Positions 25,901 through 36,930 of a stretch of DNA of 64,000 nucleotides are shown one piece after another (positions within the stretch are counted from its first letter, which is position 1; every line of letters begins with the position of its first letter). The stretch is taken from assembly GCA_964199315.1 (NCBI GenBank), contig OZ116708.1:16740001-16804000 (forward strand), in the 5' to 3' direction. The notes under the pieces are model-generated. The model did no database searches, had not been told where the DNA came from, and worked only from the letters and a program-made list of their open reading frames with translations. Made by a program: the position numbers and the translations under genes. The DNA is from Orbicella franksi (Eukaryota).

Positions 25901-28900
25901 AGCTTAATCCCCCGATGTGAGATTCTGCAACCCTCCAAGTTAACCTTTTTCCTCAGTGGTCATTTGGCCACTGAAAGGTTATTTTTGGTTGACCACCAGT
26001 GAAAAATGTCAGTTGCCAAAGTATAAAAATTGATTGATTAATTAATTTAATTAAGTATTAATTGATTATGAGCTTATGAGATTATGCTTAGTTTTATTCC
26101 ATTTGGTTGGAGCTTGTTTTTAAAAGTGAGTATCTGAGAGTTTGATTGCTATAAGTGAGAAGGCAATCACTGCAAAGATAAAGGTGTTTCTTTAAAACTG
26201 GAGACATTGTACTCATGGTAGAAAACTTGTCGCCCCTTGATCGTATCCTGGAAGTAAAACCAAACCAGAGAGACAGGCTTGTGAGGAGAGTCAGGCTGAA
26301 AACCAGGTCTTCAGCTCTGGAACGTCCCATAGAGAAGATCGTTCTTGTAGAGGCTCCTAGACTGCACAAGAGCAACTAAACATTGTTGATCTTGATGCTC
26401 TCAATAGACTGTGAGCAGTCTCTCTTTTGCTCTCAAGAGCACAATGAAGAAAGCAAAACAAGTGTGGCTGCGAGTGTGACATGCGAGTGGTGAGCGCCAA
26501 AGCCACAAGCTGTGAGTAGCGCAGGCGGCTCATGGCTTTGCATATGTAAAATACATGTGATTCGTTGCATAAGATTTTTGTTCAGTACAGATTATATCAT
26601 GCAGCAACTGTGTCAATTGCATCGAGTTTCAGTTTAGTCCATCAGTTACTTCAATCTACCAGTTTACGTCAATAGGAGGAAATATCTGTAAGTTAAAGAT
26701 GTGTGTATTATTTATCATGGTGCATGATAGGACAGATGAATTTTACTTAATTGTCTTACAATGGAGTCACTTTAAGGTGTTCATCGTGACATTTCAACTG
26801 CTACACTGCTAGTCTTCATCAGGTGATGAGGTTGATTGTTGCATGTCGCTATTTGTAGCACGTTGGTTCGCTGCTGTTGGTGCATTTCGATCCTCATTAT
26901 TATTCTGACTTGTGACACTGTTCCCTCATAGGTTCGCATTGTAACTGACCGGCAGTATTGCTTTTTGACTGTAGGTATCCATGCTTCAAGAATTTTGATT
27001 CCACTACCATAAATCCTCGAATTAGCGCCCCCCCCCCCCGAAATAAGTGCCCACTTCAAATAAGCGCCTCTCCCATCAGCCAGAATTTAAAATAAGTGCC
27101 CCCCCTCAAATGAGCGCCCCCTCCCCTCCCCTATTTTGTAGACGAGTAATGAGACAACAAAGGATGTATAGTTTTCATCGTGTAGTATTAGATTTGTACA
27201 TTGTTTCAGTTTGTGAACACATTAAGTTTGGCAAAAAAATACAAGTACTAATGGTGCTGCGATTTTAACTTTGGGATCAGCTTTTTATGTCGATAAACGG
27301 CATATGCTGTTGTTTATGTGGATATGATGTATTAAAAAATGATCATGTCAGGCCACGATTTGGGAAAAATTTAATAAGCGGCCTCCCCCCTCGATTAAGC
27401 ACCCCCGTCTTCTCATAAATTTGAAATAAGCACCGCGGGCGCTAATTTGAGGATTTACCGTATCTCTATTGATCCTATTTGGATGAAGTCTTATATGGAT
27501 AGCTTTCTTGACCCTTCGTGTGTACCAATGAGGGCCACGATCAAACTTGCCTTTTTTTAAATTGGTAAATGCCCCGTCTCATTGGTGTGCTCTGAAATTG
27601 TGGAGGTTTGGATACAAGCAAGCAGTATGTCTCTGTCATGTTCTTTTAACCTCTCTCACATACATTTAGCTCTCCCTGTTTCTCTGATATACACTTTGCC
27701 GCATTCGCAAGGAATCTTATAAACTGTAACACCGTCTAAGTTGTTTTGTTGGTTCAAGGGTGTCTTCAGGTCGCACTAAGCAAGACCTAAGAGTTGTGTC
27801 AGATTTAAACACAGCATGCACACCTTGTTGTTGTAGGCAGCTGCGGAGAACCTCTGATACACCTTTGATATAGGGTAAAGCTGCAGTTGATTTAAATTCC
27901 TGTGTGGGTTCGTAGTTAGCTGTTACTCTTGTTGTTTTCATAAGCTTCTGTAAGTGTTTCTTTCTTCAGTGATAGCTGAAGGCTTCCTTATGAGGTGTTT
28001 AGCACAATTAAAAAGGTATTTCACGATACCATGCTTCATTGACTGAGGATGGTTTGAGTTGTAGGCTAGGTTTTTGTCAGTGTGTGTTCGTTTCTGTATA
28101 AAGTGGTAGTGAGAAGACCATCTGCGTCCCTTGTTACTGACGTGTCAAGAAAGGGAATGATGTTATCTTTCCGGTCAGAACAAAATGCAGACTGCAGACT
28201 GGGTACAAAATGCAGACTAGGTACAAGATGCAGACTGCAGACTGCGGACTACATACAAAACACAGACTGAGAATGAAGACTGTTTTTTCGTCAAATATGT
28301 GATCTACTGTAACATGTCATTTTAAAACTGACCAAATGTCACACAATTGCTTTTCTGTGGTCATCTTCCACTGTTGTTTTCAAGTAATAAGTTTAACATG
28401 CTGTAACCTGCCATTTTATAACTTACTAAGTGTTTTCTGTGGTCGTCTTCCAAATTGGGGATTATTCTTGGCCATATTCTTTCTTAAACAAAATTTTGAA
28501 AAAGCTTTCATTGTCTTCACTTAGCACACAAGATTTTAGTATCAAATAACAACACATATACTAGTTGTACCTATCGGTAAATGCCAATGAGTGAATGAAC
28601 CATTGTCTATGAGGATAATGGTTGTTTAGCAAGTATTTTATATATACATGTAGATGTATTGAATTGTTACCAAATAAAGGACAAACATGAAATAGTTTTC
28701 AGTAGAATTTAATTCATATTTGTTTGAAATGTTTAAAATGTTTAGAAATTGTAATTAAGGCAAGTTTGAGTAGACTGTTCACAGCCCTCTATTTTCTTGT
28801 ATTTTATTCTATCGTTGAACATGCGGATAGAATCAGGAGATAACTGGACACCAGCGCAAAATGGAAGACTTGGCTTGACTTATCGCTTACTTAGCTCGCA

Positions 28901-31900
28901 AACCCCACCCCTACGTGCTTGAGCTCACTTTACTTGCTTTTTCTTTCACATGGGTAAATAGAGTTCCCTGGTCCCAGAGGTTTCTTGATTTTTCTCTGCA
29001 CGAGACAGCTGTGAGAGAGCCTCAAAGCGGCCCAACATGAGTCGCGAAGCAGCGAGTTTTCGTTCTCGCCTCTTCACAACTTGCGTTCAGTTGCTTCAGG
29101 GCTCTCTCGCAGCTGTCTCATGCGGAGGAAAATCAAGAAAAACCTCTGGGACCAGGGTATAAATAGAGAGGCTGTGAACAGTCTAATTTTTTTTGAAAGA
29201 AGCTCTATTTCTTATGTACGTACAGCACAACTTTCTTGTCATAGGTATTTGTTCAGAAATGCCAAGTGATTCTAAATAATGTTTTGGTTTTGTAGTGGAC
29301 GAATTCTCTTAGCTTTGGCATACTATATATTAAATCTTGATCTCAACACACGGGCACGGTTGTTCAAAAAATCAGATACCCATAACGAAGGAACAGTTTG
29401 GCTTTAAGTCTTCTTCCTCATTTCTTGACCCTGTAAAGAGCTTGCTCACAGGCTGTAAGTCTGCACTTGGCTACAAAATAAACACTGATCTTGACCATCA
29501 TTGTTTCATGAATATTACATGTTATTTGGGTTTACTAATGACCTCGCACGGGATGTAGGAAGACTATGACAGCTTCAGATTCTATTTAGAACTAACATTA
29601 CCTTGACGCTTTGTTAAAAACAAAACACATGAAGAAACAGGCCAAATTTTTTGTCAAAGGTGACCACAGAAGAGCGATTGCATGACACTAGGTAAGTTAT
29701 AAAATGACATGTTATCAGGTATTTGACGAATAAACAGTCTTTATTCTCAGTCTATGTTTTGTACCTAGTCTGCAGTCTGCAGTCTGCAGCTTGTACCCAG
29801 TCTGTATTTTGTACCTGGTCTGCAGTCTGCATTTTGTACTGACCGGTTATCTTTCTCGATTTCCATGGTAAAATGAATAGTTGGATGTTGACTGTTCAGA
29901 TGTTGTAGAAAGCCATCAACATTGTTTCAATCTAAGATTCTAAAAAGTGTCATCTACGTTTTGCTTCCAGACCTTAAGTTTGCAATTCGTAGTAGTTATC
30001 ACCTGTTCTGAAGCAGCCATGGGGAGCCCTATCTTCACAGTTATAGCTAACCTTTACATGGAAGAATCTGAGGTGGATGCGTTCTAGAAATTACCTCTAA
30101 ATCAAAGTGAGCAATTTGTTTTCAAATCACCTCTCGGTCTGATGTCTACATTAGTTTGAAGATAACTGCTGCTCAAGTTTACCAGGACTCAACTGAAAGG
30201 AAATTATGGCCACTAATTAGAGTGCAGAATCAACCATGCACAATCGAGGCAGGCGACCTACATGTAATGTGACCTGACAAAGGAATTTGACACGAAAACT
30301 CTCTTGAACTTTGCACAGCAAAGGCAACCGTTACCAAGTAGATCAAAGAAGTTACAGAATACATTTCTTTTTCTGGAAAAAATAATTCTATGAGATACAT
30401 TTGTACGACTGTTATGTCATGTTTTGATGTTAACTCAGCATGAATTCAAAACGTAAACAAAAGAACAAGCTTAAATTTTGGCCTGTAAGTGATTTCAAAA
30501 AGCTCCCATTTGATTTACGTTCATAAAAATCTTCTTGCTCGCCAAAATGAAATTCACTTTGGTTTGCAAAATTTCATAATTCAGGCTCCGTGTCAATGTG
30601 AAGTTCTGTTTTTTTATCTTTAATTTACTGTCAATGAACTCAGACCACAGGGAACCTGAACAACATAATTATTTTCATCCATATAAAATAAATATACTGC
30701 TCTTCACTAGGCTGATTAACTAGCTAAACATTCTTTCTAGGTCAATGTCGAGGAAAAGGTTGTCATTCATCGTGGTAGATGCAATAATAAAGTGTATTAT
30801 TGTTTGTCTCACGATGTAGTCACTGGAGATGTAGATCGCGACGTTTCAACTGCTTACTGCTAGTCTTCTTCGGGCAATAAGGTCGACTGATTGCACGGTA
30901 TCATTTATATCACAAAGGTCGGCTGTGATTGGTGTATTTCGATCCTCCTATTGTCCCATTGTTCCGGCGAGTAGCTGTTCCCTCGGTGGTCCGCTGTTGT
31001 ACCATTCTCCTGTTGTTGTGTTTCTTGATCGTGGGTATCCATGTCTCAGGAATTTCAATTCCACTATCCCTGTTGATATTATTAGGTTGAAGTCTTATGT
31101 GAATAGCTTCCTTGACCCTTCGTGTGTACCAGTGAGGATCTTGATCAATAAACTTGACCTCATTCCAGATAACATGGTGGCCAGTCTTGTGGGTGTGTTC
31201 AGATGTTCAGGTGTGTTCGGATATTCAGGTGTGTTCGGTCTCGTGGGTGTTTGTTTACAGACCAACATTCTCTAGTTAAATGTGACTTCTGTTTCCATTC
31301 ATTTAGCCGGCTAACCAGGCGATTCAAATTCCAAAACCGCACAACTTTCAGAAATCACTGAGAGAGGAAGCGCTTTTAATGACTTCGCTAACCAATTCTG
31401 GTTTGAAATCCTTGTGCACGGAAATTTCGTTCAAAAATGGTGGAAAGAGAGCTTCAGACTATCTAGACGTACATTTGAGTGTATTGTAGCTGGTCCTGAT
31501 TTGGCTTACTTTTTTGCCATGAAAACAAACATTGTCGAAAACACTACCAAATGAGACTGATGCAATCTGGACACCACGGGGTGCAAGATACCATGCAATC
31601 GCAAGTGGACTTGATATATCTGTCATCTCAACCATGGTTACCGTCCTAGACCATGGTTGATCACAGGGTAGATCGAACTTTTACCTTGGTTAACTTTCTA
31701 TTGTCTTAAGTGGCGTTAAAAATTTTCAATGAAATGAAAACATCACAATGCTTTTCATTGCCTGTAAATCAGCTAAAAAAGCTATGCAGTCAATAATAAA
31801 TTCGGTCCAGCTCCGGGTGCATCATGGCAGAGGTAAAGTTACTTGTCAAGTTATGTATTGAGGAAAACAGCTTTGGATTGGCAGCTGAAGCATATTGAAG

Positions 31901-34562
31901 TTTAGCCAGACAGTGTTGGTCTGTATTTTTTTAAAACCTTCAACGTGGCCCGATGACTACATGAGATTATGCAATAATATTCCACAATCTCACAAAAATT
32001 CGTAAAGTTTTGCTTGATTTTATACAAACTTTTGTTGAAGTTCACATGCATAAAACAATTTTTGTTTGAGCTCCAATAGCAACACTGACTCTTGTACTTT
32101 GTACAGAGACCAAACTTTATTTCGGAACCTATGTTGATATACCTGATTGTGTAATCAAAGCTTCTTACAGTTTCAAAGGTAAAAACATGAACACTTATAT
32201 TTTGACTCAGCCTTCATTCTTGGTGCAAATGTAATTAAACAATACAACTTCATAAACTTGCCACCAGAAACTTTACGTAAATAGGTTATTTGCACTAGTG
32301 ACCTGAACTGCAAAATAGTGAAATTACTGGTAGATCTGATGCATCACACCTAATTGTGCAACATCTGATGGTTCAACATTTAAAAGCATGGTACATATCA
32401 CTTAAGAATATAGCATAAATTCTTAGAAGAAGATGAACTTTGTATGAGGTTTCAATTATTGCTGATGTTTCATTTGACCCACTGATGTTCATTACTTCCT
32501 GATTTGCCACTTTAGAAAGTCAGAAATTTGGGATCTTTCTCTGAGCACTGGATGCATGAATTGCATTGTTTTACCTTTGCAGATGTACCTTATTCTTTGT
32601 ATTTTAGAATAGTGTTGTATCTTGTCTTTTTTTTTCTGTTGTCTTACGTCATCTGTGACCAGCACATACAGAAGGAACTGAAATTTGAAGTGAATATCAT
32701 TTCACAGTCACTTGTGGATCATTACTGGGGACAATATAGCTTCTGTTTTGTTTGATCCCCAGTAATAGTCCTACAAGCAACTACAGCATGAGCCTTGCAT
32801 CTGATTTCTTCTCATTTTTAAAGTAGCATTATCTCAGTGAAGATTTCTGGTAACATCAGTGAAATTTTGTGAGAACAATGGATGAAATTTGGTGACCTTA
32901 AAGTGCATTTCTTTTTAATTTACACGTTACTGCATTTGGTTGTAACTTTGAGCTATTTGAAGTAAACTTTCATCAGATACATTCGGGATTCTTAATTTTC
33001 CTGGTAAAAATAATTTTATAGACTGATGTTAATTACTATTATATTGTGCTTTATTGTTGTTAGATGCTAAGAATATAACTGAAGATCAAGACCAATGTGC
33101 TGTGGAATTGGCTGCAGAAAATAAGATGATCAAGTCTTCAGTGCAGCGAGGTGATCTGAGTGCTGGTATTTCATTTCATGAGAGCAAAGCAAGGGCTGAC
33201 GAAAAGCTCATTAACTCAAAGAGGAGTTCAGAAGAAAATGTCACTGGGAAACTGACCAGAAATGTTACACTCCTACAGGGAGTCTCACTTATTGTTGGCA
33301 TTATGATTGGTTCTGGAATTTTTGTCACTCCACGTTATGTCCTTCTACATTCTGGCTCTGTGGGAATGACACTGATAGTATGGATTGCGTCTGGTGTGAT
33401 GGCAACACTTGGAGCTTTGTGCTACTGTGAATTAGGAACACTGATTCAGCGTTCTGGTGGTGAGCTAACATACATCCATGAGGCTCTTGGCCTTTTACCT
33501 GGTTTTCTAGTTAGCTGGACAATGGTCTTGATTTTAAAACCAGCCTCGGTAGCCATCATCACACTAAGTTTTGCCTCCTATGCTATCCAGCCATTTTTAA
33601 GCAGCAGCAGCAATGAGCCTGAAGTCCTTATTAAATGCATTGCAGTGATTTGCATCATTTTGATCACATCTGTCAACTGTGTGAGTTCTCACTGGGCAGG
33701 CCAGATACAGATTGTTTTCATGATTATGAAGTTGCTTGCAATTGGGATAATAGTCTTCATTGGTGCTTCCAGAATTGCCGAAGGAAAGTATGAAAATTTT
33801 GACTCTCCCTTCAAAGGAACTAACCAGAATGTTGGAGAAATTGCACATGCTTTTTTCAGTGGCTTGTGGGCATATGATGGTTGGAACCAACTTAACTATG
33901 TCACGGAGGAGCTACAGAACCCTCACAAGAATCTTCCTCGTGCAGTCATGATTGCTCTACCTCTTGTAACACTTTGCTATACACTGGTAAATGTAGCATA
34001 TTTAAGTGTCTTGACACCAGCAGAAGTGCTGTCCTCCAGTGCAGTTGCAGTATCTGTTGCTGAGAAAGTGCACCCCACCTTAGTTGCTGTCATGCCACTC
34101 TTTGTAGCTTGTTCTTGTTATGGTGCAGCTAATGGGTCCATTTTCACTAATGGGAGAGTTGTATGCTCTGCAGCCAAAGAAGGCCACATGCCTCGTTTTC
34201 TGGCCAACATTAGTGAGCGTTTCAACACGCCATTACATGCCATAATGTTCCCATCATTCATTTCCATCTTCTTGTTAATGCTTGGGGATTTGGATTCTTT
34301 GCTAAGTTGTTTTAGTTTTGTGGCATGGATTTTTCTTGGTAGCACATTCCTTTCACTGTTGGTTCTGCGCTGGAAGAGGCCTCATGAGCATCGCCCTTAC
34401 AAAGTGTGGATTGGAATTCCCATTGTCATGGTGGTGGTGTCTTGCTATCTTGTTATTGCACCACTTTTGGCCAAACCTCAGTCATCAGCAGTTGCACTGA
34501 CCTTTGTTTTGTCCGGTGTCCCTGTGTATTTCTTCTTTGTCAAACGCAATACAGCACAGTGA
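22969..34562 (+). CDS. SLC7 LAT-family (b0,+AT/SLC7A9-like) amino-acid transporter; main exon 33064-34562, inferred first coding exon 22969-22990 (506 aa)
   Basis: Main ORF has about 12 TMs, TM1 IVGIMIGSGIFVTP and TM6 FFSGLWAYDGWNQLNYVTEE. The ORF is open upstream of the first ATG (33126) back to a phase-1 acceptor (ttgttag, 33063). ATGCGGCGATCAAGGGTGCAAG/gtacgg at 22969-22990 is a phase-1 donor exon that fits. The main exon is high confidence; exon 1 is inference. Confidence 0.85.
23253..23317. repeat. Perfect 30-bp tandem duplication
   Basis: TGTACAGTTACACTGAGGGAATAACCATAT twice, followed by TGTAC. Confidence 0.9.
24003..24215 (+). mobile_element. Solo terminal arm of the TGCAGAC-module foldback-like family
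   Basis: Same GTACAAAATGCAGAC modules and unique tail (AAGACTGTTTTTTCGTCAAATATGTG..AACATGTCATTTT..CAATTGCTTTTCTG.GGTCATC) as the arms at 28172 and 29845. No partner arm or TSD found. Confidence 0.75.
26100..26380 (+). mobile_element. Decayed BEL/Pao LTR-retrotransposon fragment (post-integrase, DUF5641-like)
   Basis: Translates with stops and frameshifts as TGDIVLMVEN..RILEVKPNQRDRLVRRVRLKTRSSALERPIEKIVLVEA, matching the BEL C-terminal pattern GD.VL..GRI.EV.P..DG.VR.V.VKT..RPI.KL. Confidence 0.7.
27007..27460. mobile_element. Tc1/mariner(pogo)-type MITE inserted in the Penelope endonuclease
   Basis: TIR CCATAAATCCTCGAATTAGCGCCC / GGGCGCTAATTTGAGGATTTACCG. TA is duplicated at 27005-27006 and 27461-27462; removal restores AGAGATAGTGGAATC (RDSGI). 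Confidence 0.85.
28771..29185. mobile_element. MITE nested inside the foldback-like element
   Basis: TIR TAGACTGTTCACAGCCCTCTATTT / AAATAGAGAGGCTGTGAACAGTCTA. Confidence 0.75.
28964..29159. mobile_element. MITE with roughly 60-bp TIRs and 9-bp TSD, nested inside the 28771-29185 MITE
   Basis: CCCTGGTCCCAGAGGTTTCTTGATTTT.. / ..AAAATCAAGAAAAACCTCTGGGACCAGGG. TAAATAGAG is duplicated at 28955-28963 and 29160-29168. Confidence 0.85.
30820..31270 (-). mobile_element. Second Penelope-like 3' fragment (GIY-YIG C-terminal part)
   Basis: Minus-strand translation KTGHHVIWNEVKFIDQDPHWYTRRVKEAIHIRLQPNNINRDSGIEIPETWIPTIKK. Same family as the 26781 copy. An 18-bp unit is tandemly repeated at about 31192-31245. 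Confidence 0.8.
31381..31640 (+). mobile_element. Decayed PIF/Harbinger transposase N-terminal fragment
   Basis: QFWFEILVHGNFVQKWWKESFRLSRRTFECIVAGPDL resembles the HARBI1-like W.ENFR.SR.TF..I pattern. Stops and frameshifts follow. Confidence 0.55.
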
Positions 34563-36129
34563 ATTCAACTTTTCCGTTTTATTGTAATGACGGACAATGT
34601 ACAGTTTCTAATTCTTTAGAACTGTAACTTATCAGGCATTTTAAGTGAGTGAAAGTGTTATTGAGTTAAGGTTTGTCGCTGCAAAGAGTGATTGTTGGTG
34701 GTGTAACAAAGGGGCTGGGTCAAAAGGCTGTTCAGATGACAATTTGACGGAGTAATTTTGGAGGAAGAAAGTAACAGTAATAACATAAGGTGATATTACC
34801 AATGGAGTTCATAACGGGTCATTTTCACTCAATATGTGATTACAGCTCTCCCTTATAGGTAAGGAACAGAATGCATGGGGACAGTTGAACTGTTAGGTCA
34901 TTATGTACAAGCACTATATACGGCATATTAGTTACAGTAATAGTGGCCTTAAACATGTTAACTTATGGTTTTGTCACCCTCAAATGTCATTCATTTCCTA
35001 TTCATGGCCAGTTGTTGATCAAGCTTCTGCCCAGTCTCTTATGCAGAGGAGCGTTGCGTTACGACCTAAGTGACGGCTGTATAACAGACTAAAGCTTCTG
35101 TCTGCAGTTTGTTGGTTATGGGCTGAATGCTAATTGCGGAGAATCGCGTAGCTTTGATTATTGAAATACAAGTGCGAGTGGACCTTGCTCAACAAAAGTT
35201 GGGGCTTGGATAACGGCTACGGCCTCGAATAGTGAAAAGATTGTCACACTGTATTTGAGTGATTATCTGACCGATCTATGTTAACAAGAGGGGAAATAAA
35301 GAATAATATTAGAAATAGTTTGTAGGCTTTATTTTCAAGTGGAAACAAAGGCAAGGCATTTCAAAGTTTCATTTTCATTTCGGTTTGAAATGTGTCCGTA
35401 GTTAGGTTGCTGAGAACAGTTCCCATCACAAGGAACTTTACTGCCAATCGTTATCAGATTATGCTACAGTAACTGCATCACACATCTCCCCAGTCATCGG
35501 TATACAAGCTGTGCATATCTTTTTTCAATATTTAAGGTTACCATAGCAACGGTACAAACTGTAAAAAATGCCCTTAAAAGTTAATTATTTAACAGACTGT
35601 GCTGTTGCTGTGGTAACCTTTTGTGTCATGAAGATGACCACAACTTGTTCACCAATGATTGGGCAATCACGTGATAATAGTATTGTAACATCTGTTTAGG
35701 AGGAGTGGTATTGTCCTGTCAAAGTATAACTCCCGAAATCTGTTGCTAGCCAAATTAAGCTGACCATAAAATGTTGATCACATGATAACAAATTGAACTT
35801 TTTGACAAATCTGTCAGCTTTGACGACGATGCTTACGAAGCTTGGTAACGCCATGGTTAGAATCCACGCCAACCTCGTCCCCAGGGTCGTCTTCGCGCTT
35901 GACCGCGCTTGAAAATGGATAAAGTCCAGTCTGTGAACTCTCTAGAATAGATCTTGTAAGATAAATAAATATTCGTGAAAAATCCTTCAAGTGGAGCACC
36001 AAGGCGCCGATATTGACCCACAAACGATGTTCTTCCATACGCGTTGTTAAAACAGATTACTATTTATTATTTATTTATTATTTATTTATCACTATTTTTG
36101 AGATACTGTCACGACATGTTAGCAATTTG

Positions 36130-36930
36130 ACGTAATTTCTTTCCTGTCAGTTAAACTACTGTATGCCTCAACCGTGTGGACATCCTGCTCTGTAGAAAAC
36201 ATTCAGAAAGTGTTCAAGCTACAGAAACGCGCAGCCCTTCTGATACTGGGTGCTGACACAAAAGGGAACAGTGTGAAAAAATTAGGCTGGGTTCCCTTTT
36301 ACCATGAAGTGAAAATAAATAAGTCAATGTTGGTATGTAAACGGATTTTAAGGGAGTGCCCATCTCATCTTTCCCAGATGCTTGTTAGAAATGTAGACGT
36401 GAACAGAAGAACGAGCAGGCATGGTCAATTAAACCTCGTCTGCCCCCGGTTCAAATGGGAGACTGAGGGTAGAAGGTCTTTCACAGCATCGACTAGCCGC
36501 CTCTGGAAAATGATGCCTGCCCATATTAAAAACCAACCTAATCTTTCAAGCTTCAAAAAAAAAAAAACATTTTTAAACATTTTATGGACAGTTATAAGGA
36601 ATTGGACCATTTCATCTAAATTTTTAATTTTCTTGTTTTAATTGTTAGACTTGATCCAATGCTTTGCTTTTTAATATTTTAGTGTGTCTCATATCTTAGT
36701 TCTCTATATTATCGTCACATATTTGAGACTCTTTCTACATTTTTAAATCTCAACACGTCATCTTTTTAATTGTAAATATTTACATTAAAGCCACTGGTTT
36801 TTCAGTGGTTACTGTTGTGTGCTACCCTCAATAAATAAGGTTGTTTATCATTACTATTATTACTAATTATTATTATTATTATTATTAATTATTATTATTA
36901 TTATTAATTATTATTATCATTATTAGAGCA
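36130..36930 (+). mobile_element. 3' fragment of an L2/CR1-group LINE with (ATT)n tail
   Basis: WTSCSVENIQKVFKLQKRAA..LGWVPF..CPSHLSQML..LNLVCPRFK.ETEGRRSF..RLW..MP.HIK..SSFKK is the typical post-RT C-terminus. AATAAA at about 36831 is followed by an (ATT)n tract (about 36850-36925). Confidence 0.8.

Larger units (their letters stand above)
28172..29845. mobile_element. Foldback-like non-autonomous transposon with roughly 220-bp modular TIRs and 10-bp TSD
   Basis: Begins CGGTCAGAACAAAATGCAGACTGCAGAC and ends GTCTGCAGTCTGCATTTTGTACTGACCG. GTTATCTTTC is duplicated exactly at 28162-28171 and 29846-29855. It splits the Penelope RT at the codons for KDN. Confidence 0.9.
26781..30072 (-). mobile_element. 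5'-truncated, decayed Penelope-like retroelement (RT + GIY-YIG) interrupted by nested insertions
   Basis: Minus-strand translation KVWKQNVDD (29949-29960, YVDD site), LQHLNSQHPTIHFTMEIEKDN/IIPFLDTSV, LPYIKGVSEVLR, VYKIPCECGKVYIRETGR, HWYTRRVKKAIHIRLHPNRINRD/SGIKI. It becomes continuous once the insertions are removed. Confidence 0.88.

Noticed and set aside
29380-29470. Exon-like open frame (PSADLQPVSKLFTGSRNEEED..) inside the foldback element, suggesting Pack-MULE-style gene capture
   Set aside because: The sequence resembles the short repeat at about 25255-25320 (GCCT.TGAGCAAGCTCTT..TCAAGAAA), so it is more likely a decayed MITE than a captured host exon.
35814-36038. 74-aa minus-strand ORF in a CpG-rich patch
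   Set aside because: Overlaps a MITE-type terminus (CAACCTCGTCCCCAGGGTC), two frames look equally plausible, and there is no recognisable homology.
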